Source: Cladosporium halotolerans (lineage: Eukaryota). From it: a stretch of DNA of 64,000 bases. Under the pieces are notes generated by a model. It did no database searches. It was not told where the DNA came from and saw only the letters and a program-made list of their open reading frames with translations. Shown here in pieces: positions 12,617-23,212 of the stretch. The position numbers and the translations under genes are program-made. The stretch spans positions 434,001-498,000 of the forward strand of contig NW_027191464.1 of NCBI RefSeq assembly GCF_011745625.1, in the 5' to 3' direction. Positions within the stretch are counted from its first letter, which is position 1. Each line of letters starts with the position of its first letter.

Positions 12617-14852
12617 TCACTCCCTCCACCCCCTCCTCGCCCTCATCCGGCCCAAAATCTCCTCATTCTCCCTCCTGATCTCCGGATCCACCGGCTCCCC
12701 CGCCACAGCCACAGGCTCGCCGCCCCCCTCCCCAGGCCTCAGCAGCCTGCGCACGATGCGCGCCGGGTTGCCGGCCACTTCCGTGTAAGCCGGGACGTTC
12801 TGTTCGCCATCGTGTTAGCATTGCCTTCCTCAAGGGGAGTAAGTGATGACAGTACGTACCCTCGTAACAACCGCCCCGGCCCGCACCACGCACCCCCGTC
12901 CCAGCACCCTGCACGCCTCCACCACGACGCCAGCCCCAATCCACACGTCTTCTTCAACCACGATCGGCCCGCCCGCGAGCGCCGCCTGGCTCCCCGTCGC
13001 TTGCGCACTAGCCCCGTCCGCAGCCCGCGGCACCGCATTGCCCGCGAACGTCACGCCGGCGTCGACGTGCGTCCTCGCGCCGATGGAGATCTCGCAGGGG
13101 TCCTGGAAGTGGCAGCGCGGGCCGACGGCGACGTCGTCGCCGAGCAGCACGTTGTAGCCGTAGTCGGCTGCGAAGGGCGGGGCGATGACGACGCGGTGGC
13201 CGATGCGCGGGGGGTGTTTGGCGCTGTTCGTGTCGTGGTGGCTTGCGCCGGAGCCGGAGCCGCCGGGGCGGAGGGCGGGGTCGAAGACGGCGGCGAGGAG
13301 GTGGCTGCGGTGCTCGGGGGAGGAGGCGTGCGGGGCGCGGAGGGCGGTGGTCCAGGCTTCGATTGCGGCGGCGCAGGCGAAGGTGTCGGCGCGGAGGGTG
13401 GGGTCTTGGAAGGCGAGGTAGGGTTTGCCGAGGAGCATTTTTTCGCGCTCCGTGGGGCTGCTGGAGGGGAGGTGGGGGGTCGAGGGGGGGATGCTGGAGG
13501 GGAGGCTCGTGGGTGCGGCGGGGCCGGGGAGGGAGCGGTAGGGTGGGAGGTTGTGGTGGGGCCAGGGGTCGCGGGCGGGTGGGGCTTCGTTGGGGTACAT
13601 TGCCATGGGGGGAATGGAGTGGCCGTATTCGGTGTGAGGGACGGAGTTGAAGGGGTAGGACGGGTCTCGTTGGTGTTGGTATGGGTGGGTTGTCCAGTCG
13701 CGGCTTGAGGAGCGGCGTGTTTCGACTGGGCTGTGGGGTTGAGGATAGCGATTGTGGACATCCTGGGTGGTCGGTGAAAGAGGCATCCTCCCCCAGTGAT
13801 GATAACGTGGGCCGTCTGAAGATAATGTCCTGTCCGGTTCTTGGGGTGGATCCGGACCTTTTGACTGCATGTATATGGCTCTGTTCCCTGTATTGGGTGC
13901 CTTTGTGCCCACTGGCTTCGGTCCGTAACCAAGACATCCAAAGCCACCTCGCAAGCAATTTGTGCAGGTAGGTTTCGTCTCGTCGCACTTCTTCTTGCGA
14001 TTTCTACAGGTGTGGCAGCCAGTCTTCACGCGGTTGCTGAAGTTCCTCTTGCGCTTTCCTGTGGGATCGGCTCCATTGTCATCCGGATTGTAGGGGTCAC
14101 TATTCAGGTCGTTGTAGGAATTGATGCCTGCAGGGCCCTGTCCATCACCGGTGGTGCCATCATTTTCGACGCCCTGCAGGTGTGTGGCCAGTGATTCTGC
14201 AAGATGCGCCTCGGTCTCCGGTCTAACTTGGGGCGGAGCTACCCTTTGATGACGAGTCGGCACGGGCGACCGTTCCCTTGAGCCTCTGTCCCTGTGTTCT
14301 GTCAGGGGATGTTCTCACTGCTCAGCCACGCTTCATTTACCTGTTCATGAATTCTGTCGACAGCCGCCTGCTCAGGAGTCTATCGCTACTGTCTCGCATC
14401 GAAAGCAATTCGTCAGGAGTGTTGGAATGCTCCTTGCTACTCGACTCGGTCATGCGACGCTTGGACGGCGCCAGTTCCGTAGGCGATTGGCTTCCACTAC
14501 CTACCGGTTCGATACTCTCGGCGATCGAACGTTTCCTTTTGGCCGTGTCCGGGCTTTGTTTGATGGCGGGCTCGGAACACAAAACGGAGTCGTTGCGACC
14601 AGATGATTTCCGGGACTGTTGGCCGACCTCGACTGATCGATCCGCAGAGGTGGCGGCGAGACCAGGTCTGTCCGACGGATGGGCTGGTTCCTTGGACATG
14701 TTCTCCGAAGGCAAGGAGGGCTGTCGTCGATCGAGCACGTTGACGGCGGTGAAACCTTGCGCGGGCATTATATCCTTGATGGGAGCGACGGGTCCAGTGA
14801 CGTGGGCATGATCCGAGGGCGGCCTGTTCAGCAGCTCGAGCATGGGCTTCAT
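12617..14852 (-). CDS. Zn(II)2Cys6 protein fused to a C-terminal maltose/galactoside O-acetyltransferase-like (Mac + hexapeptide LbH) domain
   Basis: Exons 14852-14341, 14291-12860 and 12799-12617. Zinc cluster RKRNFSNRVKTGCHTCRNRKKKCDETKPTCTNCLRGGFGC. Acetyltransferase motifs TEREKMLLGKPY, PPFAADYGYN, DVWIGAG and VAGNPARIVR. Confidence 0.9.
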
Positions 14853-17000
14853 GGGCCGGCGGGCGTCAAAGAAGGGAGGGCGGCGGTGACAGATAAAGGG
14901 CGAAAGTCAATCGAGGCCGGTTGGCTCAGGCAGTGTGGCGGAGGAATCGCCACAGCAGGACGGCGGACCAGGAGAGGATGCTTGAAATAGGCGCGGCCGG
15001 GGCTGCAGGCGTGGTCTTCAAGGCAAAGCGCTGGGTGGGGCAGGGCGCATGGAGAAGCGCCTAAGGTCGGCTAGCTAGACGCGGCGCAGCAGGAGCCACG
15101 GTGCGGAAGCGGGAGGTGTAGGTGAGGTAGGTTGAAAGTGGGATTGATGGGATGCAGGAGGAGGATGGCGGCGATGTGTGTCTAGCGGGCGGCGGCGCGA
15201 GTGGCACGCAGGTGCAGGCGCAGGCGTGCAGGCGCGGACGCAGACGCAGACGCTCGGTGGCAGATGGCAGTTGATATCACGGCAGGGCGTCAGGGCCTCA
15301 GGCAGGGTGCGGGCGAAGGTTTGCCGATCGCGGCTCGAGGGCTGCGGGACTTCGGGCGGCAGCAGGCGGGGCGGCCGGAAGGCGACAGGGCCCCGTCAGT
15401 GAAGAGTGAGCGACGGTGGAGGCGGCCGGGCGGCGAGTCAGCGCCGCGCCCAAACCCTCGTCGATCGCGCAATCCGCCTGACGCGCGCCCGGCCCTGATC
15501 CACTCGCTGCCAACGGACGGCGGCACTGGAGGATCAAGGATGCTGGCGGGTGACAGGCAGACTGGCGGACGGGCGCGGGCTGGCGCGGCGGGCAGGAAGC
15601 CGGCGGTATACGCATGCATGGTGCATGCATGCCTACCTACAGTGCATGGATGCATGCACGCACGCGACGCGGCGAGACGATGCGAGACGAGACGGGGCAA
15701 GAGGCGACTGGCGGCGACTGGAGACTGGCGACGTTGGCGACGGGGAGCAGGCAGGGCGTGCGTGCGGAGGGCAGAGATGCAGCAGCCCATCCACCATCGC
15801 CCACACATCCCTCCTCCACAGCCCACACATCCACACCCACACCCACACCCACGCCCTGCCCGCCCATCGCCATCGCCGTCGCCATCGCCATCGGCCTCGT
15901 CACGCTGAACCCAAACCCAGACCCCCCCGGCCCTGCTCCACCATCCGTCGCAGCGCCTCATCGCCGTCACAGCCCAGCAGCGCCTCAGCACTTACAGGAT
16001 TAGCGGCGTCTCGGACGCGCCAGTGACGAACCCCGACCGCGACCCGCCCAACGGCCGCCGGCCTGCCCCAGCCAAACCGTAGAGCTAATGCTAACCTCCG
16101 TAGCCTTGCTGAGCGTGCGTAGAACACCGCGCATCTTCGACGAAGCGGGCAGTGCTAGTCCAGTGCGAGCGGGCGCACCCACCACACCTCTCATCTCCTC
16201 TCCACTCCCTCCTCGAGGTCTCATCTCACAACCTTCACAGACGCCGTCCGCGCGCGTCGGCTGTCGCGCCTACTCGGGCGCCTGCCGCTTACAGTACCTA
16301 CAGCGCTTGCTTCGGCGTCCTGTCCTGTCCTCGGCCGCCCGCAGGCAGCCAGGCAGCCCAGTACCACCGCCCGGGCGTCCCCATCGCGGCACACTGTGCG
16401 CAGTCGTCGTCGCGTCGGGTCTGGTCCGTCGGAGCAGGACCTGCTCGCCTATTGCCTAGCGCGCGCCGCCACAACGCAACCCAGCAGCTGCAGCCAGCGG
16501 CAAGCCCAGGAAGGATGTGCATTCCCTCGACCCTGTTCTCTGCTGCGAGTCCCGTGCTGGATGGATGGCTCAAACGGGTACTGCACCGCCCGGCCGTGCG
16601 TGCGTGCGTGCAGCTGCAGCCAGCAGCGGCAGGAACACCCTTCCCTTTCCTTCCCCTCCCCTCCCGTTCCCTCTGATCAGTGATGAGCCCTAAACCGAGC
16701 CCTGAGGGCTGACGAGCTGAACGCCCGGGGCCCGCGCGCGCGCGCCAGAGGCGGCCCCAAAACGCGCCTGCAGGCTGGCTGGCTTGCTCTGTCTCTCGCG
16801 GAAGCGCGAGCCCGCGCCGCCCGTCCGCGCAGAACGATGCAGGGCGCGCGGTGCGCGCGGAGTGGGCCCTGTGCGCGCTTGGAGCCTTTCTCCTCACCAT
16901 CGTCGTCGCTCGGTGCTCTTCTTCGCTAAGCGTCGCAGGGTCTGGCATGTGCGCGCTCGGACGCCATATCCGCGTGGTGTTAAGGTTCGTCGAGGGGAGG

Positions 17001-17027
17001 GATGTGGATGTGGATGTGGATGTGGAT
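17001..17027. repeat. (GATGTG)4 microsatellite
   Basis: Read directly: gatgtggatgtggatgtggatgtggat. Confidence 0.85.
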
Positions 17028-18528
17028 ACGCTGCGCTGCGCTGCGCTGATCTATCAGAAGCGCAAGCGCAAGCGCAGGCGCAGGCGCCGACCGCCCGCCG
17101 CCCGCCGCCGGTCTGCCTTCGAGGTGTGGCATGCATTCGTGCCCAGCAGCTCTGCATCGTCATCGACGTCGAGCCCAGCACATGTACCCACGCGCGCACA
17201 TCGTCTTGTGCTCTGAGAAGAGTACTCTGCCCGGCCCTCCCCCACCCCATCGCGCCTTTCCCTCCCACCAACCCGCGCAGCGCAGCGTCTCACACACACG
17301 CCGCGCCCCCGCAGCTCAAGCCCGCCCGCCCAACGTCCGGCCGGCGCGCGCCGGCTATTCCGCAAACGGCACGGCGCGGCGCCGGCGGAAGCGCGATGCC
17401 GGTGAAGGATGTGTGTCTATGTGTGCGTGTGTGTGCCTGTGCACGGCTACGGGTATATGCTTGTCTGTGATCCGGAGGCCGGACATGCAGCTACGCGAGA
17501 GAGGCTAGTTGGAGGGATGGATGCGGATGTACCGCAGTTTCGAGGGTGGCATTGGTGGAGGATGCGAATGGGGGATATGGGGGCGATCTTTTGGTGATCG
17601 TTTGGAGGGGATGGGCTGGGCGAGAGAGTTGTTGAGGGTAGGGTAGATGGGGAGGAATGCGGATCTTTGGGTACGGAGGTAATACGAGAGACATCATTGT
17701 TTCTGCTCTGTCGTAGCAAGGCAAGCAAAGTAGGTGGAAGAGGATGTGGAACGTGGTCAAGTGCACAGACGCCAATGGCATTTCGCGTCGTATTCTTCGC
17801 ATTTCAATATCAATCCGACCGTGGTTCGACGACACACTACTGTACATACTAGTAGCAGTTGGCCAGGCCGACCACTTCCCCTTCCAATCTGATTAGACAG
17901 ACACAGGTAAGCTACTCTCGCCTCGACCGCACTGCACAGCCGCGCAAAACATGCACAACCCAACACTCCCAGCGGCAACTCGCGCGGCTTCTTCCCAACC
18001 CAATCCCAGCGCAACGGTTCGCCCGCGCGCCGCCGCCCTCGCCGTCGTCGCCGCTTTGATTAAACCGCATCACCATATGCTCCCCAAGCACTCTGTAAGC
18101 GCGAGACGAGGCTCGCCGGCAAGGGCGTGCGCGTCTAGCCACAGGATACAGTATCGTAATCAATGTATCCTGGCTCTCGCGCGTGCGTGCCAACCAGCGG
18201 ACCAAAGTCCGAAGACGCCGTCAGTCTCATCAGGCTTGGTCATACCTTATTACGGGCATTGCCTCGTTGTGGCAAGATATCCTCACGGCGCCAGAACTCC
18301 CCTGTTGCCTGCCTGCCGGCCTGTCTGCCCGTGCGGCCTGGCCTATGTATCCGTCTGTGCCTGAACCGCGCCCTGAGCGCCAGCCGCTCGACCCTACACG
18401 TCTCACAGCATCCCACGCTGTCTCATGAGCCTGCGTCGGTCGAGACTCCAACTCCCACTCCAACTCCAACTCCAGCACCGTTCCCTCCATCGATAGACGC
18501 CCTGCCTCCCGTCCCGTGCTGTGGCGCT

Positions 18529-18548
18529 CGCGCGCGCGCGCGCGCGCG
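18529..18548. repeat. (CG)10 dinucleotide tract
   Basis: Read directly from the sequence. Confidence 0.9.
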
Positions 18549-19596
18549 GAGTCTCCGCCCTTCCTGCCATGCCGCTTCCCGTCCTGCGCCATCCTGCACA
18601 GCACAGCGCAATACCTTACCTTACCTTAGACCAAGCACGCCCCACGCTTGCGCGGCTGAAGGGCAGCAGGCCAGCACCCTTGCTCTGCGCTCCCGTTCTC
18701 TGCATTTCTGTCGCAGTACTCTACTCTACTGTACATTGCGGTGTTCCAGAGCCCTCGCGCTCGGGACCGGGGCGAGCGAACCGCTCGCAATCATGGGCCC
18801 GGGGTTGTGGGTGCCGGGGATGGGGTGGGATGGGGACGAGGGATGCGGTGTGACTGGAGGCGCATTTTCTTGTTTGAGACGGGTTGGTCGTGCTGGTCGT
18901 TTCCCATCGGCGGGTTGATGTTGTTGGCTTGATGGTTTGGCGAGAGAAAGCGCTGAGGGGGGATGGGGAGAATGTAGGCTTTGGCACTTGCTTGACTTGG
19001 TTGGTTCGTTGCATGAATCTGTTGTGATGTGACTTTTTGTTGACCGGAGCACCACTGCCATTCCACTTCGATTTACGATTGACGTTGACCGCCGATCGAT
19101 TGGACCAGACGAGACGAGTAGATCGAATTCGAACGGTGTTTTCCACCTAACACTACAGCTCCTGCACTCCCAACCGCTCTCAATCCACGACACGACCTCC
19201 AACGCGTCGTCCTCGAGTTCTCGACCTCTCCCACGCGTGGACTTTGATCAAGCTCAATGTGACAAAACACCCCGTACAACCCTTCCCCAGTCCCATACAA
19301 CCCATCGGCTTTTTCCCACAAACTCCCCGAAGCGCAGTGCAACGCTCGCGACACCTCAACGGCATCCTACCGGGCCCCATTCGCTGGCTGGGTGGTCGCT
19401 GACGCCGTGGAAGCGGGTGCGCCGGTCCGTGGCCGGGGGAGCTGTTGTGCGAGGTGAGAGATCGTCTGCATGGTTGGGTTTATATCGATTTGCGGGCGTA
19501 CGTGCCGGGAGCGAGAACAATCGAGCCGGCTGACGGCGCCTGTAACAGACTTGCTTGGCGGCAGAGTGGAAAACAAAAAGTGCAAATCTCATTATT

Positions 19597-19613
19597 ATCA
19601 TCATCATCATCAT
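19597..19613. repeat. (ATC)5 microsatellite just downstream of the carboxylesterase stop
   Basis: Read directly from the sequence. Confidence 0.8.
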
Positions 19614-19655
19614 AACCAACCCAACCGTCTATCTATCTATCCACCCCCACCTCCC

Positions 19656-21284
19656 TCACTGCCTCAACGCCTCCCCAATCCCACTCAAATACTCGCACCG
19701 CCCCCTCTGCCCCGCATCCACATCCTCCATCCCCGTCGCGTTCGTCCTAAACTTCAGCGACCTCCACTCGTTGCCCGCCCTCCACGCCTCCCACACCGGC
19801 GTCCCGGCCTTCCTCAGCACATTCGGATCGTACGCCCGCACGAAACTCGTCCAGTACCCCTGCACGACGTCCACGATCGCCGCGTTCACGCCGCCCGGCA
19901 GGTAGCTCGCCGGCGCGCCGGGGATCAGCTCAGGCCCCCAGATCGCGTTGATCTCGACCGTGTGCGTGACGCCCGCGCCGGAGGCCTCTGAAGGCGGGTC
20001 GCGCACGTCCCAGCGGTAGTTCCAGGCCGGCACGCCGAGGCGCGCGTACACGGCGTTGATGAAGAGGCCCGGGCAGTTGTAGCGCATCTCGCCGTAGCCC
20101 GTTGCCGTGCTGCGCCAGAAGCGGCCGGTGGAGGGGAAGGACGGGTAGGCTTCGACGGGGTAGAGGGCGTTCCAGGCGCGGAGCTGGGAGAGGGTGATGT
20201 AGGGGAACTGGGCTTTGATGAAGGTGTTTGCTTCGCCGTAGGAGGAGGTGGTGTTGGGCGTGAAGATGGTGCCTTCGTTGGTGGTGTCGCCGTAGATGGC
20301 GGGGAGCTGGACGAAGTTGCCGTTCGCGTAGGCCGGGTAGGTGTACTCTTTGATGAAGTCGTTGTCGAGGGTCGGGCCGTACATGTAGAGGGGTGCGGTC
20401 TGGGCGCCGGGGAAGGGCGTGTTGATGTTTTGGCGTTGGATGTCGTCGGCTGTGAGGTTGCGGAGGCAGGCGAGAGTGGAGTTCGAGGTGGCACAGCCGG
20501 TGCGGATGACGAGGTTGTCGTACATGAATTGGCTTTCGCCAACGGTGTTGATTGTGGCGAAAGATTGGGATTCGGCGGCGCTGGCGTGGAAGAGGTGGTC
20601 GTCTCGGCCGCCGTATGCTGTCAGTTGCAGGTTGATGCTCGCTGCTCCGGCGCTGTCGCCGGAGAGAACGACGTGGCCTGGGTCGCCACCGAATTGCTCG
20701 ATGTGCTTTTGAACCCACTCGAGGGCCTTGCGTTGGTCTTTGAGACCGTTGTTGATGCTGCCGCCCTCCAAGATTTCCTGTGCAGCGAGGAAGCCGTAGG
20801 GCCCGACACGGTAGTTAAATGTTACGACAATCATGTCCCTCTGGCCTGCTACCACCAGTCCGGAGCCATTGAAGTTGGCGTTGGAGTTGGTGTTGAAGCC
20901 ACCGCCTTGGATGAAGAACATCACCGGCAGCTTTGACTCGCAGGAAGCGTTGCTAGGCGCGTAGATGTCCATGAACAAGCAATCCTCTTTCATCGTGGAT
21001 GATGACAGCGGAGCTGCCTGCCCCGAGGAAAGCGTGCTCAAGCATATCGGTCCGTGAGCGTCTGCTTCTAATGTTTCATTGGTTGCGAGAGGATCTTGAG
21101 GTGCAGCAAACCGGAGGTCTCCAAGAGGCGGCGCAGCATAGCGGAGTCCGAGCCATTGTGTAACACCGTTCGACAGAGGCACGCCGGTGTATGTCGAGTA
21201 TCCTAGATTGACACGTGGGTCGACTGCTGAGACATGTTGATACAGCAAGGCCCAGCCGGCTGTGATGGAGACGACTGACTTCAT
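19656..21284 (-). CDS. Secreted type-B carboxylesterase/lipase
   Basis: Signal peptide MKSVVSITAGWALLYQHVSA. Motifs EDCL, FIQGGGF, NYRVG..GF, nucleophile GDSAG, TTNEG and GVTH give a complete Ser-Glu-His triad. No intron. Confidence 0.93.
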   Translation of the reverse strand: MKSVVSITAGWALLYQHVSAVDPRVNLGYSTYTGVPLSNGVTQWLGLRYAAPPLGDLRFAAPQDPLATNETLEADAHGPICLSTLSSGQAAPLSSSTMKEDCLFMDIYAPSNASCESKLPVMFFIQGGGFNTNSNANFNGSGLVVAGQRDMIVVTFNYRVGPYGFLAAQEILEGGSINNGLKDQRKALEWVQKHIEQFGGDPGHVVLSGDSAGAASINLQLTAYGGRDDHLFHASAAESQSFATINTVGESQFMYDNLVIRTGCATSNSTLACLRNLTADDIQRQNINTPFPGAQTAPLYMYGPTLDNDFIKEYTYPAYANGNFVQLPAIYGDTTNEGTIFTPNTTSSYGEANTFIKAQFPYITLSQLRAWNALYPVEAYPSFPSTGRFWRSTATGYGEMRYNCPGLFINAVYARLGVPAWNYRWDVRDPPSEASGAGVTHTVEINAIWGPELIPGAPASYLPGGVNAAIVDVVQGYWTSFVRAYDPNVLRKAGTPVWEAWRAGNEWRSLKFRTNATGMEDVDAGQRGRCEYLSGIGEALRQ

Positions 21285-22133
21285 GTTAACAATACTTGAA
21301 GGAAGACATGCGATGAAGGCAAGGCTGGGAGGGTGAAAACAAAGCGAGAAAAAGGTCGCAGTCGACTGAGACAACGACGCAAGAACATTATAAGGAAACC
21401 GTCTGACGCTACCTGTGTCTTTAGCTTTCTGTAAAAGCGCGGTGGCCGGCAATTGCTGTCCGGCGCGCGGTAACAAGGCATGTTGCGGCACACTGAGCCG
21501 GACGTTCTTCACCGCGGAGGGCTATTCAGGGCGGGGACGCCAATTTGGACGGTCATCTAGCATGCCTGTATGATCAAGAGCCAAAAGGTTGAGCACGTCA
21601 GATGACCCCATCAGAGCCGCGGGATGATGTCGTGGGGATGAAAGTGGCAGGGAAGTGGCCGGGATGATGTGGAGAGCGGACGGCAGACACCCTGGAGACG
21701 CGGGGGCCTAAAACAATGGAGCACGGGGTCGGCTTTCCAAGAGAGCAATGGGTCACTGCGTTCTGTGGGGATTTCTTCTATGAACGGACAGTGTGGAACA
21801 ATAAGACGATCGCCTTAAGGGCATTTTCTTTTGCTCGATTGTTGGGATGCATTCCTATCACATTCTCAATCCTCGGTTCTGCTTGTGATGAGGCCAGCCT
21901 CATCACCACCCTGCCGTCCGTGCATTATGCATGGAGCAAAAGCTTAACGAGTAATACCGTAGAATAAGATTCGAGATCTCAAGTATCGCAATACTAGGTC
22001 CGCCATTTGGCGCTCTAGGCGTGCGGACCCGCCTCCTTGCGGGTGAAGGTTCTTCCATGTGCCTGCTGAGACTCCCGATCTATGCTCCAAATGAACGCCG
22101 GGATATCAAACCACGATACTCTCTAACCGCCCA

Positions 22134-22355
22134 TCATTCCTCAAGCTCATACTCCAACGTGTAGTCTTCACTACATTCGCCGCAGTAGAACTTGCTGATT
22201 CCGGCGAAATTGACCACCTTGCCTTCGCACATGTCATTCGACCAGCCGTCGACCGAATAGCCGGAGAAGATGCGGTTGCTGCAGAACTCGACGCTGTCGG
22301 AGAGCATGTAGTAGTCGCACCCACAGTAGTATTGGATGTACGTGTAGGAGCACAT
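22134..22355 (-). CDS. 73-aa Cys/Tyr-rich microprotein (MC...Y.CGC...C...C...CxxC), putative metal-binding
   Basis: Good start context (GCAGCCATG), coding-like codon use and 7 Cys. Probable 5'-UTR intron at about 22413-22488. Confidence 0.7.
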   Translation of the reverse strand: MCSYTYIQYYCGCDYYMLSDSVEFCSNRIFSGYSVDGWSNDMCEGKVVNFAGISKFYCGECSEDYTLEYELEE

Positions 22356-23212
22356 GGCTGCCTTCTTGGAGAATGATCGATAGAGTCGATTCGTGGGTCT
22401 CCAGATTCTTCCCTGTCTTCGTATGCAGTGTCAACTCGCCGTCCGAACGTACCTTACAATCTCGTGCTCAAATAGCCTGGCAACATACTTATCTTGAAGC
22501 AAACGGTGAAAGAAGATGGTACGGAAAAAGCAAGACCCAAAACACCGCAAATACAAGAAGCCTACCTGCATCACACGATCGGGCATCGCAGACTACTTAA
22601 ATAATCCCAAGGTAACAGAGTAATCAGTAAGCACATTACTGAGGCGAGCTACAGCATACCGCCACGTCCTGGCGTCCAGTCGGCAGACGAGTAGCCATGT
22701 ACCGTACGCGCTGGCCCTGCAGCCACACCGACCCGACCTTATCCGCATGATTTTCGGAAGCGTATTTGCCATCTCAGTCAGCGAGGCGACGTCGCAAGAT
22801 GATACGGTAAAGGGCAAGAAACCTCGAGAGTTTTGTGCAAAACTCAAAAGGATTCCTTCTGGTTAGGGCAGAGCCCGTATCCGACTTTTTGTTGCCACAA
22901 GATTAAGGTTTGAAGTCGGAGGCTCTGCGGAAGGTAGAGAAAAAGACCGCACGGCCGTGGAATAACCTTGCGGTGAAGGATTTGGTGCGTGGCCATGCAG
23001 GGACTTGGACCCTTGTGCTTCTGATAAGAAGTGTACAACATGCTGACGAAGTAATTGCACTGGTAGGGTGCGCAAATCTCAGAATTAGGCGGTCTGGATC
23101 CATGGTGAAAGCAAGTAAGATCAATGAGTATGTACAAGAAGTTCGTAAAATCTATCATATCTACTGTGCCTGCGCTCTGTCGACTCCTCTTAAACTTGCC
23201 AAACAATAAAAT

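Noticed and set aside
19121..19136. B-box-like GTTCGAATTC on the minus strand
   Set aside because: No accompanying A box, fold or terminator was seen. It could be chance or a lone TFIIIC site.
15178..19533. Dozens of 60-250 aa ORFs in the GC-rich region
   Set aside because: They are low-complexity Arg/Ala/Pro/Gly translations of microsatellites, with no codon bias or domain motif.
21621..21670. Direct repeat GGGATGATGT twice, 40 nt apart, resembling snoRNA C boxes
   Set aside because: No matching CTGA D box or terminal stem was found.
22413..22457. Overlapping donors GTAAG|GTACGT suggesting a spliceosomal twin intron
   Set aside because: No second branch site exists downstream of the first acceptor. 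Ordinary alternative donors explain it.
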